Of a stretch of DNA of 64,000 bases, positions 9,060 through 17,082 are shown one piece after another. The position numbers and the translations under genes are program-made. Under the pieces are notes generated by a model, which was given only the letters and a program-made list of their open reading frames with translations, did not search any database and had not been told where the DNA came from. Each line of letters begins with the position of its first letter. Positions within the stretch are counted from its first letter, which is position 1. The stretch is from an uncultured Pseudomonadota bacterium (GTDB taxonomy: Bacteria; Oederibacteriota; Muellerivitia; Muellerivitales; Muellerivitaceae), in NCBI GenBank assembly GCA_963836235.1, contig CAWIIP010000002.1, positions 32,001-96,000 on the forward strand, read 5' to 3'.

Positions 9060-10262
9060 ATGATTATCAGAAAAGTAATGTTATTGCTTACTGTTTACTT
9101 TTTTTCATCGCTTACATTCGCCGATAACAACGGCTTCAATTTCTTGAGCATTTCTAATAATCCATACACTTATGATGGCGGCACATTGGCTGTCACAATC
9201 AAGGTAAGCAGATTAAAAGAGGACTACGAAGGTTTAGACTTGAACCTAGAGTCTATTTTTGATTTCCAATATTTTGATGTGGTTTCGGATGATTCTTCTA
9301 GCTCCGTTCTAAAAATAGCAGCTCACAACTTTAAAATTCATTTCAACCTAAAAAATAATATAAAAATTATCCAAAACGGGAGCAACGATTCTTCACATTC
9401 AAAAGAAGTTAAATTCACATTTAAAATTCTCCCTCATGCTGGGTTTAGTTATTCGATCAATTGCACCGCAGCTTTATTGGGAAGCAACAAAAAAACCGAA
9501 ACCGTCATTTACGGTCCTTCTCGATTTTCCTTTTACAACCTCGATCCTTCTTTCAAAGGTTTTTTCGAAAAAGCTCTTGTAGATGCCCGTGAAGAAGTTT
9601 GGAACAATATTTTAAAAACCATGTGGTTAGATAAAAAAAACTTAAATCTGGCCTTTATTAAAGAAAACTATCCTCTCAAAAACTTCGATGTTCTTGTTGG
9701 GAACTTAAAAGGAAAGGGCAATGATCAACTCATACTTAACCTCGGTAGTTATTTAGGAATGGGTGGTTCCAAATACGGCGTTTTCGTTTTCGATTTTGAT
9801 AAAACCGGATATAAAAAAATATTTTCAAAACTCGGTTACGAAGTTTCCACACAGGTAATAACGTGGAGCGGTAAAACGGGCTTATTAGTTTGGGATAGTG
9901 AATATGACGGTAAAGATTCTAATGCCCAATTACTTTTATACAAAGATGGCCAAATTGTTCCGGTTCTCGATTACGCTTTTTCGAATTGTATTGTTCACGT
10001 TGGTTGTAGTTTCAGAACATTTCTTGACGACAGAAACAATAAGTTGTACTTGTACAAGATGAACGGCCAGAACGATGGGGATGGCCACATTGGTTGTTAT
10101 TCAATTAAAAAACAACCTCTTCTTTGGGACGAAAAAAATTTCAAATTTGATCCGGGCGCAGAAACAATCGTAAGTAAAGAGGATTTAGATTCGCTTAAGA
10201 AGTCCTATGCTAATTCAGCTAACGATTTGGCCTGGATAGAAATTTGTCCCAATGGCAAATGA
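9060..10262 (+). CDS. AT-rich orphan exported protein
   Basis: 400 aa ORF with signal peptide; visibly more AT-rich than flanks; no family recognised. Confidence 0.75.
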   Translation: MIIRKVMLLLTVYFFSSLTFADNNGFNFLSISNNPYTYDGGTLAVTIKVSRLKEDYEGLDLNLESIFDFQYFDVVSDDSSSSVLKIAAHNFKIHFNLKNNIKIIQNGSNDSSHSKEVKFTFKILPHAGFSYSINCTAALLGSNKKTETVIYGPSRFSFYNLDPSFKGFFEKALVDAREEVWNNILKTMWLDKKNLNLAFIKENYPLKNFDVLVGNLKGKGNDQLILNLGSYLGMGGSKYGVFVFDFDKTGYKKIFSKLGYEVSTQVITWSGKTGLLVWDSEYDGKDSNAQLLLYKDGQIVPVLDYAFSNCIVHVGCSFRTFLDDRNNKLYLYKMNGQNDGDGHIGCYSIKKQPLLWDEKNFKFDPGAETIVSKEDLDSLKKSYANSANDLAWIEICPNGK

Positions 10263-10318
10263 GGAAGTTATCTGTTTTTCCAAATGTAACCCGGATCACT
10301 TGCCAAAAAGACTGGCCC

Positions 10319-10951
10319 TCAGTGATAAGCTTTTTCCAAAGCGTTCACAAAAGTTTTCACATCCTGTGCGCCCGATATTACGAACTTGTCGTTAAAAACA
10401 AAAAATGGGACCCCATTGACACCAATATCATAGGCCTTTTCCTCCGCCCCTCTCACCTCTTCCTCAAATTCATTCCCTTTTAAAAGTTTCTCTACCTTGG
10501 CCTTGTCCAACCCAGCGGAAACAGCCACTTCCACCAGAGTCTTGGTATCCCCCAGGTCCCTACCCTCGGTGAAATAGGCCTTAAAGAAAGCGTTATGGGC
10601 CGCATTACCCTTCCCTTCCTTTTCCGCCAACCAAAGAATCCGGTGGGCGTTAAAGGTGTTGGGGGTTCTTTCAATATCATCAAACCGATAATCAATTCCC
10701 GATTCTTTGCCAAGAGCCGTCAACCGGGCATGGGCTTGGTCCAGCACATGGGTTCCCCCAAACTTTTCGGCCAGGTGCTTTTTGTGGTCCAATCCTTCGG
10801 CTGGAGTAGCCGGATTCAATTCATAGGGTAAAAAGTGGACTTCGGCCTCGGCTTTCTTCCCTGAAGCTTCCAAGGCCTCTTCCAGCCGCTTCTTCCCCAA
10901 ATAGCACCAGGGGCAAATCACATCTGAATAAACGTCGATCTTTAAGCTCAT
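10319..10951 (-). CDS. DsbA family oxidoreductase (FrnE-like)
   Basis: SDVICPWCYLG, PNTFNAHR, GVNGVPFF, SGAQ. Confidence 0.92.
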   Translation of the reverse strand: MSLKIDVYSDVICPWCYLGKKRLEEALEASGKKAEAEVHFLPYELNPATPAEGLDHKKHLAEKFGGTHVLDQAHARLTALGKESGIDYRFDDIERTPNTFNAHRILWLAEKEGKGNAAHNAFFKAYFTEGRDLGDTKTLVEVAVSAGLDKAKVEKLLKGNEFEEEVRGAEEKAYDIGVNGVPFFVFNDKFVISGAQDVKTFVNALEKAYH

Positions 10952-11044
10952 GGCTTTCTCCTTGCTTGACCCAAGATATGGTTTTTCCCTTGGGGAAATA
11001 AGCCCTTCTCTGATTTTTTGAGTTACCCCGGATATACTGGGGCC

Positions 11045-11449
11045 ATGAAAACATTAAAAATTCAAACCTCCGAGCGGGAACACATTCGGGATATTACTTC
11101 CCACATCCGTGAATGGGTGGCTAAAGGGGGTTACGAATCCGGTCTTTTGGCGGTCTATTGCCCCCATACCACCGCCGCCATAACCATCAATGAAAATGCC
11201 GATCCTGACGTGAAACGGGACATTCTATTTCACCTCAAAAAAACAATTCCTCAATCGCCGGAATTCAAGCATTTCGAGGATAACGCAGATGCCCATATCA
11301 AATCGGTTCTAATCGGATTCTCTTTGGCCCTTATCGTGGAAAAAGGAGAGATTTTACTGGGCCGCTGGCAGGGAATTTACTTTTGTGAGTTCGACGGACC
11401 GAAAGAGCGAGAAGTTTGGCTCAAGTTTATCGGCGGCAAAGACCCCTAA
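11045..11449 (+). CDS. yjbQ: YjbQ/UPF0047 family protein
   Basis: PHTTAAITINENADPDV, NADAHIKS, LGRWQGIYFCEFDGP. Confidence 0.92.
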   Translation: MKTLKIQTSEREHIRDITSHIREWVAKGGYESGLLAVYCPHTTAAITINENADPDVKRDILFHLKKTIPQSPEFKHFEDNADAHIKSVLIGFSLALIVEKGEILLGRWQGIYFCEFDGPKEREVWLKFIGGKDP

Positions 11450-12393
11450 CCGCCCTCTTTCTCGAATTCCTCTTCGAGACTGAAGTAGCGCTCGCCCATA
11501 TCACAGCAAATAGTTACGATTCGGGCTTCCGGGCCTAATGTCTTGGAAAGTTTCAAGGCCGCGGCCACATTGGCGCCGGAGGAAATCCCCAAAAGCAAGC
11601 CTTCTTCACGAGCCAAGCGCTTCGTCATTCGGTAGGCTTCCAAGTCTTCAATTTGAATGAGTTCATCTATTACTGACCGGTTCAAAACAGATGGTACAAA
11701 CCCGGCGCCGATGCCTTGGATGCGATGGACCCCCGCTTTTCCACCCGAAAGCACCGCCGAGGAAGCAGGCTCCACCCCGACGATTTTGATTTTCGGGTTC
11801 TTGGCCTTGAAATATTCCCCTACCCCGGTGATGGTCCCGCCGGTACCGATACCCGCCACGAAAGCGTCCAATTTTCCTTCGGTATCCTTTTCGATTTCCG
11901 GCGCCGTAGTCCTTTTGTGGGCTTCAGGGTTAGCCCGGTTGGCGAACTGTTCGGGCATAAAATATTCGGGATGCTGTTTCTTGATTTCCTGGGCCTTGCG
12001 GACCGCTTCCGCCATCAATCCCTTGGCCGGGGTTAAAACCAGTTCCGCCCCATAGGCCTTCAAAAGAACTCGCCGCTCCTGGCTCATATCCTCAGGCATC
12101 ACGAGAATCAGCTTATATCCTCTTTGAGCGCAAACCAGGGCCAAGCCGATTCCAGTATTGCCGCTGGTGGGTTCCACCAAGGTTCCACCGGGCTTCAATA
12201 AACCCCGGTGCTCCGCGTCGTCGATCATGGCCAGGGCGATACGGTCTTTCACACTACCGCCCGGATTATAAAATTCCAATTTGCAAAGGATTTGGGCCCG
12301 GCCCTTTTCCGGAATGGCTTGAAGTTTTAAAAGAGGCGTGTTTCCAATGATTTCGGTAATGTTGGAAGCCAGGGGATACCGGTTATAGGTCAT
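11446..12393 (-). CDS. cysK: cysteine synthase A
   Basis: IGNTPL, NPGGSVKDR (PLP Lys), EPTSGNTG, GIGTGGT, HRIQGIGAG, GISSGA; ATGA overlap with the upstream gene. Confidence 0.95.
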   Translation of the reverse strand: MTYNRYPLASNITEIIGNTPLLKLQAIPEKGRAQILCKLEFYNPGGSVKDRIALAMIDDAEHRGLLKPGGTLVEPTSGNTGIGLALVCAQRGYKLILVMPEDMSQERRVLLKAYGAELVLTPAKGLMAEAVRKAQEIKKQHPEYFMPEQFANRANPEAHKRTTAPEIEKDTEGKLDAFVAGIGTGGTITGVGEYFKAKNPKIKIVGVEPASSAVLSGGKAGVHRIQGIGAGFVPSVLNRSVIDELIQIEDLEAYRMTKRLAREEGLLLGISSGANVAAALKLSKTLGPEARIVTICCDMGERYFSLEEEFEKEGG

Positions 12394-13058
12394 GGAGTGA
12401 CGACCGCACCCTCTTCCAATAGCCGGGCGGGGCATTTATAAGTCGGCTGGACTTCATGATGATAAGACACGCCCGAATCCAAGGAAGTAATCCAAACCTT
12501 GCCTTCCAAAGGCGACTGCCCCTTCAATATCCATTGAAGGGCTTCGGAAGCGGCCATCGCCCCCATCAGGCGTTGCACGGATGGCTGTCCCTTCGTGAAA
12601 GCTTTTGGATTCATGATTTCAAAACATTCCAAACAAGGACATTGGCCGCCTTGATGGCGAATAGCCAAGAGAGCGAATCCGCTTCCGGCCGGCCAAGCAT
12701 ATAGGGCGGGTTTAGCTTGGTGTCTCAGCCAACGGCTCAGACGCCGTCGGGCTTCTTTATTCTCAGTGGAAACCACCGTAAGGGACGCATTTGGTAGATA
12801 CTCAAACTCCTCGGGCAGAACGTCCACTTGCAGGTTTGGAAATTGGGATGTCAGCGCAAAGGATTCGAAATTTCCATAAGAAAGGACAAAAAGTTTGGAG
12901 ATGCCTACCGAGGCCAAGGCGGTGGCGGCAGACTGGAGGGCAATGCCTTCTCCTACCAACAACACGGAAGATTCCAACCATTTTTTCTGGCCTTCCGGCC
13001 CAACCGAGGAAAGGATAACCTGCCGGGAAAACCGGTCTTGGCTATTCGATGTCGGCAT
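12390..13058 (-). CDS. degenerate ThiF/MoeB-like protein (inactive adenylation domain)
   Basis: RFSRQVILSSVGPEGQKK N-terminus and CPCLEC retained; GxGxxG degraded to VGEGIAL; NLxRQ motif and Cys loop absent. Confidence 0.8.
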   Translation of the reverse strand: MPTSNSQDRFSRQVILSSVGPEGQKKWLESSVLLVGEGIALQSAATALASVGISKLFVLSYGNFESFALTSQFPNLQVDVLPEEFEYLPNASLTVVSTENKEARRRLSRWLRHQAKPALYAWPAGSGFALLAIRHQGGQCPCLECFEIMNPKAFTKGQPSVQRLMGAMAASEALQWILKGQSPLEGKVWITSLDSGVSYHHEVQPTYKCPARLLEEGAVVTP

Positions 13059-13063
13059 CCAGC

Positions 13064-13309
13064 TTACTCGACGATATCTTTGACGATTGGATTGACGTCG
13101 ATACCCTGTTTGGTGAGATCGTCCAATGCTTTTTTGACTTCCGGCTCTTCGCCCTCGATTTCCATTTGAACATAGCCAAAGCCCTTGGTAATGGAGGCCC
13201 GGCGGATGTTCACCGTAATTCCATATTTTTTTATGGTATTGGAAAGAACCGGTTGGGTGACAAGCTCGGTAGGATAATCCAGTTCAACAAGTTTCTTGAT
13301 GGCCGCCAT
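13064..13309 (-). CDS. stand-alone NIL (ACT-like) domain protein
   Basis: LDYP..LVTQPVL...KYGITVNIRRASI..GFGYVQMEIEG pattern; 81 aa. Confidence 0.85.
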   Translation of the reverse strand: MAAIKKLVELDYPTELVTQPVLSNTIKKYGITVNIRRASITKGFGYVQMEIEGEEPEVKKALDDLTKQGIDVNPIVKDIVE

Positions 13310-13346
13310 GAAAATAATCTCCCAAGGAATTTAAAAATAAGACAAA

Positions 13347-13637
13347 TTAAGAATTCGGATGAATCCCACCGGCGATGGCTGGCACAATGGAAACTTGGTC
13401 ACCCGCCTTGACCATCGTGGCTTCCCCTTGCAGGAAACGGATGTCTTCTTCGTTGAGATAGATATTCACGAACCGGCGGATTTTTCCGTTTTCGTCGCAG
13501 AGGCGGTCTTTTAAACCGTTGTAGTTCTTTCCCAAATCGTTGATAAGGTCCGCAATCGTTGCGCCATCGGCGTTAACTTCAGCCTGGTTGTTGGTCAGAT
13601 TCCGTAAGGGAGTCGGGATCAATACTTTCGCTGCCAT
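13347..13637 (-). CDS. MoaD/ThiS/CysO-like ubiquitin-fold sulfur carrier with C-terminal extension
   Basis: IPTPLR, RRFVNIYLNEEDIRFLQG, IVPAIAGG followed by IHPNS; AGGAGG RBS. Confidence 0.92.
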   Translation of the reverse strand: MAAKVLIPTPLRNLTNNQAEVNADGATIADLINDLGKNYNGLKDRLCDENGKIRRFVNIYLNEEDIRFLQGEATMVKAGDQVSIVPAIAGGIHPNS

Positions 13638-13800
13638 AAAAATTCCTCCTGAAACGAATGGGTAAGCTGGATTATGACTGAAATGACCGTCGGATTTCCA
13701 GCCATTTTTCATTTAACCGGGTGCGGACTCAGCCACCGGTTCTAAGTAAACTCTCTATCGCCTTATCAGCCATGGTTTGAAATCATCGAAAATTTGTTGG

Positions 13801-15843
13801 TCACTTTTGAAGGGGAAATTCGGTCACTCTTAGCCGGGTCGACCCATAAGGAACCAAGGTCAGTTCTTCCATCGGAGCCGAACTCTCTACCGGACTTTGG
13901 GGTGGAGGTTCCGCCGCTCCTTGGACAAAAGACCAGGATTCCAACCGCCGTCCTTGGACCGACACTTTCACCGGGGCACCTTCCAAAGTAAAGGGATCAC
14001 CTTTGAGAACGCCATCTTGGAAAGTCAGGCTCTTTTCGGGTGATTGGGGATCGAGAACCAGGGCATAATTCCAGGGACTCCGGGGCAAAAGCATGTAATC
14101 GCTTTTGCCTCCTCCCTTCGGCTCAAATTGGAAAGGCCGGAACCCCTTCCATAATTCTTTAAGGCCCAAGCTGAAAACAAGGGGTCCCCGTTCAACGCTA
14201 ACGGCGTCCTGGTAACCCCGCCTCACCTTAAAGGCCATGGGTAAATTAAGCTGAAGGGTCTCGTTCCCACTCCACTCGCGAAGTACTTGATGAAAACTTC
14301 CGGATTTCAGGTTTTCTTTGGTTCCATCTGGCAAGGTCAATATGGCCCCTTCCGTCCATTCAGGCACCCGGAAATAAATTGGGAACTTAGCCGGTTGGGC
14401 GGTCGTCACCTTGAATGTTAGATTTTCATTGAAGGGATAATTCGTCACCAATTCCACGCTCACTGGAACACCGGAAACCATGGTCTCAACCCTTGAAGGC
14501 GCGTAAACCACCGCGGCCAATCCCCCGTCCGGAGTTCCCATCCAAAGATGCGAAACAAACTTGGGCCAGCCTTGGTGAAAATTGGCCGTACAACAGCCAA
14601 ACTGGGGTTCCAATCCAAATAAATTGGCGACCCCGCTATTCGTGGAGTAAACCGGATTGGGATCAAAAACACAGGCGATTTGGTTCGCCTGTTCCACATA
14701 TTGGTGGGTCCAATAGTCCGGGGCGATGGCCGCGGGCAGGGCGTTGAAGGCAATCTTTTCCAACCGGTCCGCGAGGGCAACGTCCCCCAGCACCGAAAGC
14801 GAGTTTTCAAGGGAAAACATGGTTTCAACGATGGCGCATAGTTCGGTGCCTTGCGAAGGGCTTTTGCCTGCCAGGCACTCGTCGCCACTGAAAAGGCCAT
14901 TGGCCTCACCATGGTAGCGGTCCAATTCTGGAAGCGCCTTGAGGGCTATTTTTTTGAACCGGTCATCCCCCGTCAACCTGTAAAGCATCGCGGGGGTTTT
15001 GATACCCATAGCGTTGTTCACCACATGTCCCGCCCAATTCCATTGTGGGGACTTCTCCTTGACGGGTAAGTCGGAAAAATGCTTGGGCCAGTTATATCCC
15101 TGGCTAGCCGCTTTATAAGCCAGGTCCAACAGCCAGCTCTCTTTTGTGCGGTCATAAAGCCAATAAAGGCTCACCAATAGGTCGCCCCAACGAAAAAAAT
15201 TCCAGGCGAATAGGGGCCGTGAATCTAATTGGGAATTCAAGGACCCCAGATCCTTGAGCATGGCCGGGATAATCCGCTTATCCCCCGTGGCTTCCTGGTA
15301 CTGGGCCAAACCCTTCAGGATAACGAACTGCGGCCAGGGGTCCCTTGCGGCATTTGGGGGACCCTTAGTGCCAAAAGGCCCCTTCCCCTGCTCCGGACCC
15401 AACCACCCGTCTGATTGCTGATGGGAAAGGATATAGTCGACCCAACGCTTGGCTTTGCCTTCAAGCCTTTCGTCGCCAGTAAGGAAGGCCAGGGGGATCA
15501 TGCCATCCAGCCAATAGGGCGCCCGCTCCCAGCCTTCGGCCTTTCCTCCTATCCACCCACTGTCTTTAATATCCGGCCAAAACTCGTCCAAATGGCCCGA
15601 CTGCCCGCCCGCTTGGAGTTTCAATTGGTCCAACAGCCAGCCTTCGGGTTTGACCGTTCCCAAGGGTAATGGCTGAAAAGCCAGCGGTTCCAAACCCAAA
15701 GGCCTGTTGGCGATCTTTTCCTGTTGATGGCGGTTATAAAGAACCCAAGTCAACAAGGCCAATCCCATGAAAATAAAAATCAAAAGTAGTCTCGTTAAGG
15801 AAAAAAAATTTTTGGGGGGTGCTGGGGGAATCAGTTCTTCCAT
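13801..15843 (-). CDS. membrane-anchored GH127-family (beta-L-arabinofuranosidase-like) glycosidase
   Basis: GWERAPYWLDG, HVVN, SGDE, TELCA, GCCTAN motifs; N-terminal TM helix; start placed at MEELIPP. Confidence 0.85.
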   Translation of the reverse strand: MEELIPPAPPKNFFSLTRLLLIFIFMGLALLTWVLYNRHQQEKIANRPLGLEPLAFQPLPLGTVKPEGWLLDQLKLQAGGQSGHLDEFWPDIKDSGWIGGKAEGWERAPYWLDGMIPLAFLTGDERLEGKAKRWVDYILSHQQSDGWLGPEQGKGPFGTKGPPNAARDPWPQFVILKGLAQYQEATGDKRIIPAMLKDLGSLNSQLDSRPLFAWNFFRWGDLLVSLYWLYDRTKESWLLDLAYKAASQGYNWPKHFSDLPVKEKSPQWNWAGHVVNNAMGIKTPAMLYRLTGDDRFKKIALKALPELDRYHGEANGLFSGDECLAGKSPSQGTELCAIVETMFSLENSLSVLGDVALADRLEKIAFNALPAAIAPDYWTHQYVEQANQIACVFDPNPVYSTNSGVANLFGLEPQFGCCTANFHQGWPKFVSHLWMGTPDGGLAAVVYAPSRVETMVSGVPVSVELVTNYPFNENLTFKVTTAQPAKFPIYFRVPEWTEGAILTLPDGTKENLKSGSFHQVLREWSGNETLQLNLPMAFKVRRGYQDAVSVERGPLVFSLGLKELWKGFRPFQFEPKGGGKSDYMLLPRSPWNYALVLDPQSPEKSLTFQDGVLKGDPFTLEGAPVKVSVQGRRLESWSFVQGAAEPPPQSPVESSAPMEELTLVPYGSTRLRVTEFPLQK

Positions 15844-15868
15844 GAGGTTCTCCTTGGAAGAGAATACA

Positions 15869-16624
15869 TCAGGAAGGCTTGGCCAACAGCCGAGAAAGTG
15901 GCCTCCAAACCTTATCATGCGGTAGTTTTTCTTGAAAATATTTCCTGTCGGACCAATAGACCTTGTAAACGCCGGCTTTGGGCTTGGAAATAGCAACCCG
16001 ATATTTCTCTCCCATCACTTCCAAAGCCGCGCAATTGTCGATGGCGATGGCCACACCGGGGGGTTTTAGCATCATTTCTTTGAGTTCGGGTCTACGGTCT
16101 TTTTCAACATCGTAATGGGGACAGGCTAAGGCATCGATCAATCCTAACCCAGTGACCTTAATGAGTTTAGCCTTGGGATTGTGGAACTTGCGGGAATCCG
16201 AGTTCCCCTGGCGGAACCAACAAATGGCCCCAGCGCTGGGCCCGCAAAGCACTTTCCCCTTTTTTTCGGCTTGTTTTAAGAGTCCCACAACCCCAAGCTT
16301 TTTCCAACGGTTGATCATCAAGAGGGTATTACCACCTCCGACATAAATAATGTCAGCAATCCTTATTTTTTTAGCGATTTCTGAATATTTCGGGGGTTGT
16401 TTCAGGAGAAAAAGCGAGTCCACCCGGCATCCCAATTTGTTTCCAAAATGATTTTGGACCGCTCGGACATAAGCTTTGTCGTCCGAACTGGCAGTAGGAA
16501 TAAAAAGAAGACGGGGGACCTTCTTGCCTGAAAGCCGGATGATTTCCCGGCTAATCGACATCACTTCAGGCTTGGCCGCGCCGAACCCGATGCTTCCCCC
16601 GCCAATGGCAACGATTTTCCGCAT
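15869..16624 (-). CDS. peptidase E (S51) family protein
   Basis: IVAIGGG, FIPTAS, IYVGGGNT, GPSAGAICWF, PHYD. Confidence 0.9.
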   Translation of the reverse strand: MRKIVAIGGGSIGFGAAKPEVMSISREIIRLSGKKVPRLLFIPTASSDDKAYVRAVQNHFGNKLGCRVDSLFLLKQPPKYSEIAKKIRIADIIYVGGGNTLLMINRWKKLGVVGLLKQAEKKGKVLCGPSAGAICWFRQGNSDSRKFHNPKAKLIKVTGLGLIDALACPHYDVEKDRRPELKEMMLKPPGVAIAIDNCAALEVMGEKYRVAISKPKAGVYKVYWSDRKYFQEKLPHDKVWRPLSRLLAKPS

Positions 16625-16631
16625 TGGCTTC

Positions 16632-17078
16632 TTAAGTCGGTGTGGATGGTTTTTTCGACTTGGGTAGGTACCGGTAACTCCAATAAGCCATCCAGCCTAA
16701 GGTGATGAGCGAGAGAAGAATGGCGATCATTGAGAGGACATCCGAAAATCTGCCCCGGGAAGCCCATGGGCTTCCGGCCCGAATTCGGGCGATGAACTTA
16801 CGCAGATCCGGGTTGTCCGGGTGCAAGCGAAGGCTTTCCTCCATAGCGACGAGCGCTTCAGTACGATTGGCCGACTGGTAATAAGCCTCCCCCAAAAACT
16901 GGTAGGCCTGCCAGTAATCGGGCCGCTGGTCCACTGCGGCGTGGAAATATTGGACGGCCTTGTCGTAATCGTGGTTTTTAAACAGATCCATGCCGGCGGC
17001 GTAATAGTCTTCCGGAGCGATCGCCCAAACCCACATTGGCACCAGGGCAAAGACCAAGATCAAAAAAACTTTCTTCAT
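16632..17078 (-). CDS. exported TPR protein with C-terminal TM anchor
   Basis: Signal peptide, two TPR-like repeats (PDYWQAYQFLGEAYY, LRLHPDN), C-terminal hydrophobic helix. Confidence 0.8.
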   Translation of the reverse strand: MKKVFLILVFALVPMWVWAIAPEDYYAAGMDLFKNHDYDKAVQYFHAAVDQRPDYWQAYQFLGEAYYQSANRTEALVAMEESLRLHPDNPDLRKFIARIRAGSPWASRGRFSDVLSMIAILLSLITLGWMAYWSYRYLPKSKKPSTPT

Positions 17079-17082
17079 TGTT

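Noticed and set aside
12390-13058. Degenerate thiF as a pseudogene
   Set aside because: The ORF is intact, translationally coupled to cysK (ATGA overlap) and selectively retains the Arg helix and Cys motif, which fits a pseudo-enzyme better.
4007-13637. E1 plus ubiquitin-like protein as an anti-phage conjugation system (Bil/Bub/CBASS type)
   Set aside because: No E2, JAB or CD-NTase genes; the context (SAM riboswitch, cysK, NIL) points to sulfur amino-acid metabolism.
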